From assembly GCA_963702425.1 (NCBI GenBank), contig CAVPCQ010000006.1:64001-128000 (forward strand): a stretch of 64,000 bases of DNA. Direction: 5' to 3'. The DNA comes from an uncultured Acidobacteriota bacterium (GTDB taxonomy: Bacteria > Acidobacteriota > Polarisedimenticolia > J045). Within the stretch, counting starts at the first letter, position 1; each line of letters opens with the position of its first letter. The translations under genes were made by a program, and so were the position numbers. This document shows, in pieces, positions 28,975 through 39,000 of the stretch. The notes below the pieces were generated by a model. That model saw only the letters and a list, made by a program, of their open reading frames with translations. It was not told the DNA's origin and searched no databases.

Positions 28975-29742
28975 GTGACCGCGATGCCGTGGCCGGGGAT
29001 GGCGGGCCGCCGAATTCTGGTGACCGGGGGGTCGCGCGGGATCGGCCGGGCGATTGTCGAAGAACTCGCCGGGGCGGGGGCGGAGGTTTTCCTGACCGCC
29101 CGGTCCCTCGAGTCAGCGGAGCAGGCCGCGGGCGAGATCCGGGCCGCCGGAGGCCAGGCTCGCGGGGTCGCACTCGACCTCTCGGACCCGGCGGCGACCC
29201 AGGCTGCGCTGGACGCTCTGGTCCGCGAGACCAGGGAGACCGGCGGGATGCACGGGGTCGTGCTCAATGCGGGGATGACGCGGGACACGCTCCTGATGCG
29301 CATGTCGCTCGCCGACTGGGACGCCGTGATCCAGGCGAATCTGACCGGGGCGTTCCTGGTGACAAAGGCCTGGGTCCCCGGTATGATCCGCAACCGTTTC
29401 GGCCGCATCGTCGCTGTCAGCAGCGTGGTGGGGCGGATGGGGAACGCAGGGCAGGTCAACTACGCGGCGTCCAAGGCGGGGTTGATCGGCTTGGTGCGTG
29501 CGCTGGCCCGCGAGCTGGCGTCGCGCAACGTGACGGTGAACGCCGTCGCGCCCGGTTTCATCGATACGGACATGACGCGTGCCGTGCCGGAGGAGGCGCG
29601 GAGGAAACTGCTCGATACCGTTCCCCTCGGCCGGCTCGGAACGCCGGGCGATGTGGCAACCGGGGTCGCGTTCCTGCTCTCGGACGCGGCCTCGTACATC
29701 ACGGGTGCCGTGCTCGATATCAACGGCGGCATGGACATGTAA
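28975..29742 (+). CDS. fabG: 3-oxoacyl-ACP reductase
   Basis: [26 protein letters not shown]. Confidence 0.95.
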   Translation: MTAMPWPGMAGRRILVTGGSRGIGRAIVEELAGAGAEVFLTARSLESAEQAAGEIRAAGGQARGVALDLSDPAATQAALDALVRETRETGGMHGVVLNAGMTRDTLLMRMSLADWDAVIQANLTGAFLVTKAWVPGMIRNRFGRIVAVSSVVGRMGNAGQVNYAASKAGLIGLVRALARELASRNVTVNAVAPGFIDTDMTRAVPEEARRKLLDTVPLGRLGTPGDVATGVAFLLSDAASYITGAVLDINGGMDM

Positions 29743-29774
29743 CGCAGGACCCAGGAAAGGGAGGATCCGACCCG

Positions 29775-30026
29775 ATGGCTTCGAAGGATGAAATTCGCGC
29801 GAAGGTGGTAGATCTGATCGCGAAGAGCTTCAAGCTCGATCCCGAGACGATCACCGACGAGAAGTCGTTCACCGACGACCTCGGCGCAGACTCGCTCGAG
29901 ACGGTCGAGCTGGTCATGGCGCTGGAGGAGGAATTCGGGATCGAGATCTCGGACGAGGATGCCGAGAAGATCCGCACGGTCGGGAACGCGGTGGAGTTCA
30001 TCGCCCAGCACGCCGGACAGGCCTGA
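29775..30026 (+). CDS. acpP: Acyl carrier protein
   Basis: [20 protein letters not shown]. Confidence 0.97.
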   Translation: MASKDEIRAKVVDLIAKSFKLDPETITDEKSFTDDLGADSLETVELVMALEEEFGIEISDEDAEKIRTVGNAVEFIAQHAGQA

Positions 30027-30038
30027 GCGGAGCCGTTC

Positions 30039-31313
30039 GTGCACGACCGGCTGCGACGGGTCCTCGTCACGGGCGTCGGGGCGGTCAGCCCTCTCGGCCT
30101 TGACGCGGAATCGACTTGGCGCGGCCTGATCGAGGGCCGCTCCGGGATCGGTCCGATCACCCGGTTCGATCCCGCCGGGTTCCCGTCGCGCATCGCGGGC
30201 GAAGTGAAGGGGTTCGAGCCGGAGCTCTGGCTCGATTCGCGCGACGTCAAGAAGTTCGATCGCTTCGTCCACTTCGCCGTCGCCGCGACGCGCATGGCGA
30301 TCGGCGACGCCGGACTCGACCTCGATGCGGTCGATCGCGACCGCGTCGCCGTCGTCATCGGGTCCGGCATCGGCGGCATGCCGCTGTTCGAGCGGGAGTA
30401 CCGCGCTTACCTCGAGCGGCTGATGGCCGAACCGGACCGCCCGGACAAGGCCGTGCGCCGGATCACCCCGTTCTTCATCCCGGGGATCATCATCAACATG
30501 GCGAGCGGCGTCGTCTCGATCGTCTTCGGCCTGCGCGGTCCGAACGTCGCGACGGTCACAGCCTGCGCGACGGGCAACCACGCGATTGGCGACGCCTTCC
30601 GGATGATCCAGCGCGGGGAGGCCGACGTCGCGGTCTGCGGCGGTTCGGAGGGTGTTATCACGGAGATGTCCGTCGGCGGTTTCTCCGCGATGAAGGCGCT
30701 CTCGACCCGGAACGACGAGCCCGAGCGGGCCTCGCGGCCGTTCGACCGGGATCGCGACGGGTTCGTGATTGCCGAGGGGTGCGGCCTGCTCGTGCTGGAG
30801 GCCGAGGAGCACGCTCGCGCCCGCGGGGCGCGGGTGCTGGCCGAACTCGCCGGGTTCGGGATGAGCGGCGACGCACACCATATCTCGGCGCCGCCCGAGG
30901 ATGGCAGCGGTATGGTGCGCGTCATGACCGCCTCCCTGGCGGATGCCGGCCTGGTCCCTTCGGACATCGATTACGTCAACGCCCACGGCACGTCTACTCC
31001 GACCGGCGACGTGATCGAGGCACGGGCGGTGCGTGCGGTGTTCGGAGCGCACGCCGACGGCATGCTCGTCTCTTCGACCAAATCGGCGACGGGCCACCTG
31101 CTCGGTGCCGCGGGAGGCCTCGAGGCGATCGTTTCGGTCCTCGCGATCGCGCGGGGCGTGGTCCCGCCGACGATCAACCTCGAGAACCAGGACCCGGCGG
31201 TCGACCTGGACTGCGTCCCGCACCGGGCGCGCGAGCGCCGCGTTCAGGCGGTGCTCACCAACTCCTTCGGGTTCGGCGGCACGAACGCCACCCTCGCCTT
31301 CAAACGGCCGTAG
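30039..31313 (+). CDS. fabF: Beta-ketoacyl-ACP synthase II
   Basis: TACATG, NAHGTST, GHLLGAAG, NSFGFGGTN. Confidence 0.96.
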   Translation: MHDRLRRVLVTGVGAVSPLGLDAESTWRGLIEGRSGIGPITRFDPAGFPSRIAGEVKGFEPELWLDSRDVKKFDRFVHFAVAATRMAIGDAGLDLDAVDRDRVAVVIGSGIGGMPLFEREYRAYLERLMAEPDRPDKAVRRITPFFIPGIIINMASGVVSIVFGLRGPNVATVTACATGNHAIGDAFRMIQRGEADVAVCGGSEGVITEMSVGGFSAMKALSTRNDEPERASRPFDRDRDGFVIAEGCGLLVLEAEEHARARGARVLAELAGFGMSGDAHHISAPPEDGSGMVRVMTASLADAGLVPSDIDYVNAHGTSTPTGDVIEARAVRAVFGAHADGMLVSSTKSATGHLLGAAGGLEAIVSVLAIARGVVPPTINLENQDPAVDLDCVPHRARERRVQAVLTNSFGFGGTNATLAFKRP

Positions 31314-31377
31314 GGGCCGCCCCCTGTGGCGGCCCGAACCGGCCGACGAGCGGGCCGGTGCAGCGGCCGGCCCCTAC
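31310..31377. repeat. GTAG-type REP doublet
   Basis: GTAGGGGCCGCCCCCTGTGGCGGCCCG (31310-31336) and inverted CGGGCCGGTGCAGCGGCCGGCCCCTAC (31351-31377). Confidence 0.85.
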
Positions 31378-32450
31378 ACCTCGTTGAAGAAGAACGGCTT
31401 CAGGGCCTGGATCCGGGCCTCGTAGGTTGCCGGATCGAGGAACCAGCAGGTCGCGGCGACGGAGGAGAGCAGCGGGTTCCCGTCCTGGGGCGTGAAGCAG
31501 AATCCCTTCACCTCGTATCCGCGTGGCGTCTCGCGGACGGCGAGCGTCTTCCGCACGATGACCGTCTGGTTCAGGATCCGGCCGAAGTGTCCATGGTCGC
31601 GCCCGAACGAGAAGACGGTATTGGCGCTCTTCTTGTGGGTCAGGGCGATCCGGTCGTCGGCTTCCATCCGATCGAGCACCGCGTCGACGGTCGTTCGGTT
31701 GCGGACCAGGATCGAGAACCAGATCGTGTGCATGTACTGCGTACTCACGATCATTGCCGAGCTGTAAAGCGACAGCTCGTAGCCGAGCGTCTTGAACAGG
31801 TGGTAGGCGTCCCGGGCGTGGTGGGTCCCGAAGCGCTCGTCCTTGTGGCTGCCGACCTCCGGGGCGGGGACGAACTTGCCGTCCTGGCTGATGTCGTTCG
31901 CCCGGCGGACGCAGACGAACTGGCCGTCGACGAGATTGCCCGGACCGCCGTCCTCGAGGGCGATCGTCTTGACCAGCACGGAGAGGTTGTGCGTGTTGCA
32001 GGAGACGATCTGGACGTACCGGTCTTCCCCCGGGCGCAGCGCCGCGTCGTTGATTCCGCGCGCGTAGGGCTTGCCGAACCCGAACTCACTCCCCTGTGCG
32101 AGGAACCCGCGCGCCGTCTTCTCGTACTTCGTGTAGAGTTGCTGCTTGTTGTCGTTTCCGACCGGCGTGCAGTCGATGACGACGGTCGCGCGCTCGAGGG
32201 CGCCGATTTCGTCGTATTCGGGGTTGAGGCCGATCTCGCGGAAGCCGTCGACCGAGGACCTGTCCGCGACGAAGTGGGCGCCGCGCCGCACGAGGCTGAG
32301 GACCTTGGAGCGGTCGGTCAGCAGCGGAGTCCGCTTGTGGAAGGTCACTTCGTCGATCCCGAGGGGCTCGCGATATTCGGAGAGGATCCCGATGAGCGGC
32401 TCTCCGATGGTCCCGGTTCCGATGACGTGGACGACGACCTTGTTCGCCAT
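31374..32450 (-). CDS. Class II (archaeal-type) GAPDH-like dehydrogenase
   Basis: VIGTGTIG Rossmann motif, VIDCTP, AQGSE, IVSCNTH, VRRAND, THHARDA, MH. Confidence 0.75.
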   Translation of the reverse strand: MANKVVVHVIGTGTIGEPLIGILSEYREPLGIDEVTFHKRTPLLTDRSKVLSLVRRGAHFVADRSSVDGFREIGLNPEYDEIGALERATVVIDCTPVGNDNKQQLYTKYEKTARGFLAQGSEFGFGKPYARGINDAALRPGEDRYVQIVSCNTHNLSVLVKTIALEDGGPGNLVDGQFVCVRRANDISQDGKFVPAPEVGSHKDERFGTHHARDAYHLFKTLGYELSLYSSAMIVSTQYMHTIWFSILVRNRTTVDAVLDRMEADDRIALTHKKSANTVFSFGRDHGHFGRILNQTVIVRKTLAVRETPRGYEVKGFCFTPQDGNPLLSSVAATCWFLDPATYEARIQALKPFFFNEV

Positions 32451-32499
32451 GGCTCGAGGCTCCTGATCGGTTCCGGGGGACGCCGCCCGCGCGGCGTTC

Positions 32500-32528
32500 T
32501 TGACGCCCGGAAACAGGCTGCCTAGCAT
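32500..32528 (+). promoter_or_regulatory. sigma70-type promoter of the hprK operon
   Basis: TTGACG-N17-TAGCAT. Confidence 0.55.
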
Positions 32529-32565
32529 ACATCTCGCGCATGCCGTTGGTAAGAGTGGAGGGGAG

Positions 32566-33531
32566 TTGATCGGGCCGCCACGAGGCGCTCCAGAGCTGAA
32601 CGTGGGCGAGTTGCTGCTGGCCGTGGGCGAACGGCTCGACGCGGTCGTCCGCGTCGGTCAGGACCAGCTCCAGCGCCCGATCGCCAGCCAGGCGATCCAG
32701 AAGCCGGGACTCGTCATGGCCGGGCTCTGGAAGTACTACCATCCCGATCGGCTGCAGGTCTTCGGCAAGAGCGAGGACGACTTCCTGCGGCACCTGGCGC
32801 CGGCGCAGGCCGCGGAGGTCGTGGCCCGGCTCTGCGAGGGGGCGGTCCCGGGGTTCGTCATGGCGTACGGACTCGAACCGCCCGCGCTGCTCCTGTCCGA
32901 GTGCAGCCGCCGCGGCATCCCGATCCTGGTGACCCCGCAGCCGACCGATCGGGTGGTCGAGATCCTGGTGCGCTACCTCGCGATGCGCCTCGCCCCGTCG
33001 GTCCGGGTCCACGGCGTCCTGATCGACATCTACGGGCTGGGGGTGCTGATCCTCGGCGAGTCGGGGATTGGAAAGAGCGAGTCGGCGCTGGAGTTGATCA
33101 CTCGCGGTCACCGCCTCGTCGCCGACGACTCGGTCGAGATCCGGGAGGTCGACGACCAGCCGGTGGGGAACTCGCCCGGGCTCACGCGGCACCTGATGGA
33201 GGTGCGCGGGCTCGGGATCGTGAACGTGGTGGAGCTGTTCGGCGTCACAGCGGTGCTCGAGAGCAAGCCGGTCGAGCAGGTGGTGCGGCTGTTCCGCTAC
33301 GAGCCTGGCATGACCGTCGACCGCCTCGGCGGCCGGCACGAGACCGAGATCCTGGCGCACCGGCTTCCGCTGATCGAGATCCCGGTCGCCCCCGGACGCA
33401 ACCTCGCGGTGCTGCTCGAGATGTCGGCCCGCCTCCAGCTGCTCAAGGGGCACGGCCGCGACGCGTCACGCGATCTGCAGGCGGAGATCAACCGGCTGAT
33501 CGGGGCCCAGTCCGGCGAGACGACGCCATGA
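32566..33531 (+). CDS. hprK: HPr(Ser) kinase/phosphatase
   Basis: [46 protein letters not shown]. Confidence 0.95.
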   Translation: MIGPPRGAPELNVGELLLAVGERLDAVVRVGQDQLQRPIASQAIQKPGLVMAGLWKYYHPDRLQVFGKSEDDFLRHLAPAQAAEVVARLCEGAVPGFVMAYGLEPPALLLSECSRRGIPILVTPQPTDRVVEILVRYLAMRLAPSVRVHGVLIDIYGLGVLILGESGIGKSESALELITRGHRLVADDSVEIREVDDQPVGNSPGLTRHLMEVRGLGIVNVVELFGVTAVLESKPVEQVVRLFRYEPGMTVDRLGGRHETEILAHRLPLIEIPVAPGRNLAVLLEMSARLQLLKGHGRDASRDLQAEINRLIGAQSGETTP

Positions 33532-34411
33532 CGCGGCTCGTCGTCGTGACCGGCCTCTCGGGGTCGGGCAAGACGCAGGCGCTGCGCTGCCTCGAGGACA
33601 TGGGCTACTTCGCGGTCGACAACCTGCCGATCCCGCTGATTCCGTCCTTCGTCGAGCTGCTCGGGCGCAGCCAGGGCAGGAGGCGCGCGGCGCCTTCGTC
33701 GCCGACGTGCGCGACAGCGCCAACCTGGCCGACCTCCCGGCGGTGCTCGACGACCTGCGCGAGCGCGAGGGGCTCGAGCTGCGGCTGCTGTTCTTCGAGG
33801 CCCAGGAAGAGGCGCTCGTGCGCCGCTTCTCGGAGACGCGGCGGCCGCACCCGCTCGACAAGGAGAGCGAGACGGGGATCGCCGACGCGATCCGCCGTGA
33901 AGCCACCCTGCTGGGAGAGCTGCGCTCGGCGGCCGACGCGGTGATCGGGACCGACGCGATGTCGCCGCACGAGCTGCGGCGGATCGTCCAGAACAGCCTC
34001 GATCCGGGACGCGAGGCCTCGCCGCTCCACGTGCGCGTCGTTTCCTTCGGATTCAAGTTCGGCCTGCCGCGCGAGGCCGACATGGTCTTCGACGCGCGGT
34101 TCCTGCCCAATCCGTACTTCAAGCCCGAGCTGCGCGCGAAGGACGGGCGCGACGAGGCGGTCTCGTCGTACCTGGAGCAGCAGGAGGGCTACCGCGAGTT
34201 CGCCGAACGGGTCGAGGACCTGCTCGACTTCGTGATGCCGCGGTTCGTCGGGGAAGGGAAGAGCTACTTCACGCTCGGCATCGGATGCACCGGCGGCCGG
34301 CACCGCTCGGTGGCCCTCGCCGAGCGGCTCTCCGCCTGGCTCCGCGCCGCGGGCTACCAGGCGACCGTGACCCACCGCGACCTCGTACGCGACGCGGAGC
34401 GACCCCGATGA
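33528..34411 (+). CDS. rapZ: RNase adapter RapZ/YvcJ, frameshift near 33680
   Basis: TGLSGSGKT...VDNLP in one frame; [34 protein letters not shown] in another. Confidence 0.9.
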
Positions 34412-34818
34412 TCGGCATCCTCGTCGTCACCCATGGGAACGTCGCGGCCGAGCTGGCCGCGGCCGGCCGGACGATCGTCGCGCGGGAATCGCCGCTGGTC
34501 GCGCTGACGCTGGACTGGGACGACGACGTGACCGACGCGCGCGGTCGCCTTGCGGAGGCGATCGCGTCGATCGATCGCGGTGCCGGCGTGCTGATCCTGA
34601 CCGACATGTTCGGCGGGACCCCGACCAACCTGGCCATGACCTTCTACGCTCCCGGGAAGGTGGAGGTGGTCACGGGCGTCAACCTGCCGATGCTGGTCAA
34701 GGCGCTCACCCTGCGGGAGGACGCGGCGCTCGCGGAGGCAGCCCAGCTGCTGGCCGAGAAGGGGCGCAGCGCGATCAGCGTGGCGGGCTCGCTGCTCGGG
34801 ACCCACGGCGAGGCCTGA
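34408..34818 (+). CDS. PTS EIIA, mannose/fructose type
   Basis: ILVVTHG, TDMFGGTPTN, GVNLPML. Confidence 0.92.
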   Translation: MIGILVVTHGNVAAELAAAGRTIVARESPLVALTLDWDDDVTDARGRLAEAIASIDRGAGVLILTDMFGGTPTNLAMTFYAPGKVEVVTGVNLPMLVKALTLREDAALAEAAQLLAEKGRSAISVAGSLLGTHGEA

Positions 34819-34822
34819 GGCC

Positions 34823-35095
34823 GTGCCGGAGCGCACGGTGCGGCTGGTCAATCGGCTCGGCCTGCACGCGCGAGCCGCGGCGCGTTTCGTCGATCTCGCC
34901 GGCCGTTTCCGATCGTCGATCGTCGTCTTCATGGGAGGGGTCGGCGTGGACGGCAAGTCGATCCTCGGCATCCTGACCCTGGCTGCGCCGTGCGGCTCCG
35001 AGCTGCGGCTCGTCATCGACGGCGACGACGCCGAGGCGGCGCTCGCGGCGCTGGCCGAGCTCGTGGCCGCGGGGTTCGGGGAGGAGCACGGATGA
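34823..35095 (+). CDS. ptsH: Phosphocarrier HPr
   Basis: GLHARAA (His15), DGKSILG (Ser46). Confidence 0.95.
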   Translation: MPERTVRLVNRLGLHARAAARFVDLAGRFRSSIVVFMGGVGVDGKSILGILTLAAPCGSELRLVIDGDDAEAALAALAELVAAGFGEEHG

Positions 35096-36882
35096 TCGCC
35101 CTGCAGGGGATCGGCTCGAGCTCCGGAATCGCGGTGGGACAGGCCCTGGTCGTGGGCCGGCACGAGCTCCACGTGCCGCGCTACCGCATCCGGGCGGACG
35201 AGATCCCGCGCGAGCTGCGCCGCTTCTGGACCGCGCGGCGCCAGGCGCGCGAGGAGATCCTCACGCTGCGCGAGAACGCGGCGCGCAAGCTGGGGGCCAA
35301 GTACGCGGGCATCTTCGACGCCCACCTGCTGATCCTCGAGGATCGGAAGCTCGGGCGCGAGACGGTCGCCCGCGTGCGGCACCGCCGGCACAACGTGGAG
35401 TGGAGCCTGGCCGCTACGGTCAACGGGCTGCTGACGACGCTCGACGCCGTGGAGGATCCCTATCTCCGGGAGCGCGGCGGCGACATCGTCGACGTCCACG
35501 AGCGCCTGCAGCGGATCCTCGCCGGCGCCGCGAACCGCCACGAGGGGCGCCTCGAGCTGACCGAGGACGCGGTGATCCTCGCGCACAGCCTCTCGCCGTC
35601 CGATGCGATCTGGCTCAACCAGCCGCGGATCGTCGGGATCGCGACCGAGAAGGGCGGACCGACCTCGCACACGGCGATCCTCGCGGCGGCACTCGGGCTC
35701 CCCGCCGTGCTGGGGGTCGATCGGCTGCTCGAGACCGCCGGCGAAGGCGAGGCGGTGGTGGTCGACAGCGTGGCCGGGACCGTGCTGCTTCAGGCCGGCG
35801 AGGCCCAGCTGGAGGAGTTCCGCGCCCGGGGCGCCGAGCTGCGGCTCCGCGCCATGCGGACGTCGCCGCGCGGACCGCTCCACACCACCGACGGGATCGA
35901 GGTGCAGGTCGCGGCCAATCTCGAGTTCCCGGAGGAGATGGCGGTGCTCGAGCGGGTTGGAGCCCGCGGCGTCGGGCTGTTCCGCACCGAATTCCTGTGG
36001 CTCGCCCGCGGCGGAACCTCACCGGACGAGGAGGAGCACCTCGCGGCCTACCGGCGCTTGCTGGCGATCGACCTGGACGCCCCGGTCGTGATCCGGACGC
36101 TCGACCTGGGCGGGGAGAAACTGCCCGCCACCGAAGCCCGGCGCGAAGAAGAACCGAACCCGGTGATGGGCCTGCGGGCGGTCCGCTACTGCCTCGCGCA
36201 CCCGGGCGTCTTCCGGACGCAACTGCGCGCGATCTTCCGCGCCGCGGCGGAGACGGAACGGGTCTGGATCATGGTGCCGCTGATCTCGGGGCTCGAGGAG
36301 TGGCGCTCGGTACGCCGTTTCGTGGAGCAGGTCCGCGAGGAGGTGACCCGCGAGGGGCTGGTGGTCCCCCGCGTCCCGCTCGGCTGCATGATCGAGGTCC
36401 CCTCGGCGGCCCTCGTCGCCGACCGGCTCGCCCGCGAGGCCGACTTCTTCTCGATCGGGAGCAACGACCTGATCCAGTACGCCCTGGCGGTCGACCGCGG
36501 CAACAGCCGCGTCGCCTACCTCCACGACCCGTGGCACCCGGCGGTGCTGCGCCTGATCCGGATGGCGGTGGAGGCCGGCGCGCTGGCCCGGATCCCGGTG
36601 ACCTTCTGCGGTGAGATGGCCTCCGACCCGCTCGGGGCCCTGACCCTGCTGGGCCTGGGGCTGACCCGCTTCTCGTGCACCCCAGCCCAGATCCCGATGG
36701 TGCGGGAGACGATCGCGGCCGCCTCCGCGCGCCGCTGGTCCGAGCTCGTGGACGAGGCCGCGAGCCGGCCCACGGGGCGGGAGATCCGCGAACGCCTTGA
36801 CGCCGAGGCGGCCCGGCTGCTCCCCTGGCGGCAGGAGCGGTTCGAGGCCTTCCCCCCCGGCGCCGGCCCGGCGCGTTCCTAG
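35092..36882 (+). CDS. ptsI: PEP-protein phosphotransferase (enzyme I)
   Basis: GGPTSHTAI, GLFRTEF, RTLDLGGEK, SIGSNDLIQY, CGEMA. Confidence 0.95.
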   Translation: MIALQGIGSSSGIAVGQALVVGRHELHVPRYRIRADEIPRELRRFWTARRQAREEILTLRENAARKLGAKYAGIFDAHLLILEDRKLGRETVARVRHRRHNVEWSLAATVNGLLTTLDAVEDPYLRERGGDIVDVHERLQRILAGAANRHEGRLELTEDAVILAHSLSPSDAIWLNQPRIVGIATEKGGPTSHTAILAAALGLPAVLGVDRLLETAGEGEAVVVDSVAGTVLLQAGEAQLEEFRARGAELRLRAMRTSPRGPLHTTDGIEVQVAANLEFPEEMAVLERVGARGVGLFRTEFLWLARGGTSPDEEEHLAAYRRLLAIDLDAPVVIRTLDLGGEKLPATEARREEEPNPVMGLRAVRYCLAHPGVFRTQLRAIFRAAAETERVWIMVPLISGLEEWRSVRRFVEQVREEVTREGLVVPRVPLGCMIEVPSAALVADRLAREADFFSIGSNDLIQYALAVDRGNSRVAYLHDPWHPAVLRLIRMAVEAGALARIPVTFCGEMASDPLGALTLLGLGLTRFSCTPAQIPMVRETIAAASARRWSELVDEAASRPTGREIRERLDAEAARLLPWRQERFEAFPPGAGPARS

Positions 36883-36938
36883 GTGGCGGGGCCTGTCGAG
36901 CGCTCTGCTACAATTTCGGCCCCCGGGGAGAGAACCAG

Positions 36939-38009
36939 GTGTCGACCCAGCGCGCCGACAGCGAGCCCGAGTTGGTCCGACCGGCCGACGTCTGCGCCCG
37001 GCTCGATATTCAGCCCTACATCCTGAAGTTCTGGGAAAGTGAGTTCCCCCTGCTCGGGCGCCGGGTCGGTCCGAAGCGCCTCTACGACGGGCCCGCGTTC
37101 GAGATGGTCCGCGAGATCCGCCGGCTCGTGCTCGACGAGCGGCACTCGCTGGCAGAGGCGCGGGCAACGCTCGACGTCCGGTTCGCCTCGGAGGCGGCGC
37201 CCGCGGCAGCGCTCGAAGCGCCCGGGACGGGACCGGCCGCGGAGGTAGGGAACTCGTCGCCGGAAGCGTCGGCCGACCAGCTGCGCCGCGCCGAGGAACG
37301 GGTCGGCCTCCTCGAGCGGGAGTTGGGGGCGGCCCAGGACCTGCTGCGGAAGGTCCAGGCACTGAAGGGGCGCGTTGCCGAGCTGGAGGATGCGCTCGCA
37401 CGCGGTGAGGCCGACAAACGCGGCGCGCTGGCCGCACAGGCCGCCGAGCTCAACGCCGACCTGGGGAAGGCCCGGGAACTGGTGCGCGGGCGGGAAGACG
37501 ACCTGCGCCGCGCACGCGAGGAAACGGCCGAGGCGCGGCGGCAGCTCGACGAGGAGAAACAGGTCCGACTCAAGGCGGCGACCCAGGCCGCGCGAGTTCC
37601 GGAACTCTCCGACCAACTCGCCCGGCTCGAGCGCGAACTCGTGGCCGAGCGCCAGCGCCACGCCGAAGCTGCAGCCCTGCTCGACGGGCTGCGGGCCCGA
37701 CAGGTCGAGGCGGGGCAGCGCGACCTGGAGTGGCGGACCGAGGCGTCGAGGACCATCTCCGCCGCGCTGCGCGAGGTGCGCGAGATCGCGTTCCACGCCG
37801 AGGGCCTGGAGAAGGCGCTGGAGCCGGTCGAGAGCCGTCCCCGGCGCGCCGCACCCGCCGCCGCGGCTCCGCTTCCCGAACCGCCGGCCGACATCGAGGA
37901 ACTGGCGGCGGAGGCCCTCCAGGAGAGCCTCGCCGGGGCCGACCCGCCGGACGACGACTCGGCCGCGGGTGCGACGCCGGCCGCCGAGAACGAGCTTGGG
38001 ACGACCTGA
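36939..38009 (+). CDS. MerR-type HTH protein with long coiled coil and acidic tail
   Basis: VCARLDIQPYILKFWESEFPLL...RLY N-terminus; about 190 aa of heptad-rich helix; TGCTACAAT extended -10 at 36906. Confidence 0.8.
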   Translation: MSTQRADSEPELVRPADVCARLDIQPYILKFWESEFPLLGRRVGPKRLYDGPAFEMVREIRRLVLDERHSLAEARATLDVRFASEAAPAAALEAPGTGPAAEVGNSSPEASADQLRRAEERVGLLERELGAAQDLLRKVQALKGRVAELEDALARGEADKRGALAAQAAELNADLGKARELVRGREDDLRRAREETAEARRQLDEEKQVRLKAATQAARVPELSDQLARLERELVAERQRHAEAAALLDGLRARQVEAGQRDLEWRTEASRTISAALREVREIAFHAEGLEKALEPVESRPRRAAPAAAAPLPEPPADIEELAAEALQESLAGADPPDDDSAAGATPAAENELGTT

Positions 38010-38088
38010 ACCGGCGGCGCGCAACCGGGGCCGGTGCTAGAATCCCGTGTCGACCGCCCGCTGGGCGGTCGTTGCGTGTCCAGCCGGT

Positions 38089-38165
38089 CGGGGCGTGGCG
38101 CAGCCTGGTAGCGCACTTGCTTGGGGTGCAAGTGGTCGCCGGTTCAAATCCGGCCGCCCCGACCA
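38089..38165 (+). tRNA. tRNA-Pro(GGG)
   Basis: CGGGGCG acceptor stem, anticodon arm CTTGC-TTGGGGT-GCAAG, GGTTCAAAT, CCA end. Confidence 0.97.
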
Positions 38166-38233
38166 ATCAGACCATCGAGACGGATGACCTCGCTCGACAC
38201 CCGCGCGTGCCCCGGTGACGGAGCCGGGCCGGA

Positions 38234-38806
38234 TCAGTTGAGGTCCTTGTCCTTGTAGTACTTCGTTCCCTTGGCCGTAAGCTCCAAGGCCAGGCCGGCG
38301 TCGGTGAGCTGGTAGAGCCAGACCCCGGGCGAAACGGACAACGCACCCTGGAAGGAGGAGCCCGTATTGCCGGCCTTGGCGGCAGCACTCGCCTGGCCGC
38401 CGAGCTCCCAGCCGGAGTCGACGAATGTCGCGAGCGACTTCGGCGTTTCGAAAACCCAGACCAGGCTGAACTTCTTCGCGCCGAAGCCGAGGCCGGCCTG
38501 GACCTCGACCATCTTCATGAACGTTTCCTTCCCGGTCTTGTTGTCCACGGCAAGGCCTTTCCCCGAGCCGCCGCCCGCCACGAGGATCTTCATGCCGAAG
38601 TTGTTGAAGACCGCGTAGCCGGCCGCCTTCTCGATGGCGGCTTTGGCGCGGGGTTGCGTCTTGTAGAGCTGTGCCAGGGTCGCCTGCGCTGCTTCCCGGA
38701 TCTTCTGGCGTGTTCCGTCTGCCTTCGACTCCTGCGCCAGGGCCGGGCCGAAGGAGCCGAGACCGATGGAGAGGAACAGCACGATCAGAACCTTGCTTCT
38801 GCACAT
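38234..38806 (-). CDS. YSC84/SYLF-related exported protein
   Basis: Signal peptide; AAGYAVF, GGGSGKG, AGLGFG, GLALELTAKGTKY. Confidence 0.85.
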   Translation of the reverse strand: MCRSKVLIVLFLSIGLGSFGPALAQESKADGTRQKIREAAQATLAQLYKTQPRAKAAIEKAAGYAVFNNFGMKILVAGGGSGKGLAVDNKTGKETFMKMVEVQAGLGFGAKKFSLVWVFETPKSLATFVDSGWELGGQASAAAKAGNTGSSFQGALSVSPGVWLYQLTDAGLALELTAKGTKYYKDKDLN

Positions 38807-39000
38807 GGTGGCTCTCTCCCCGCTCGAACGAACACGACGGTTACGCTGCGGCTCCGGTCATCCCGGAGATAGCGATCAGGACCGATCATACACGCGGTTT
38901 CCCGACGGTGTGAAGTGCTCCGCCCGGCAGCGCCAGCCGGTCCTCGCACGGTCGGCGAACCCGGTCGGCAGCCGCTCCATGGGAGACCTCCGGCCGCGCT

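Noticed and set aside
38166-38233. Integrative element at tRNA-Pro(GGG) or tRNA-Pro(CGG)
   Set aside because: No integrase and no duplicated tRNA 3' end (att site) found by eye in the window
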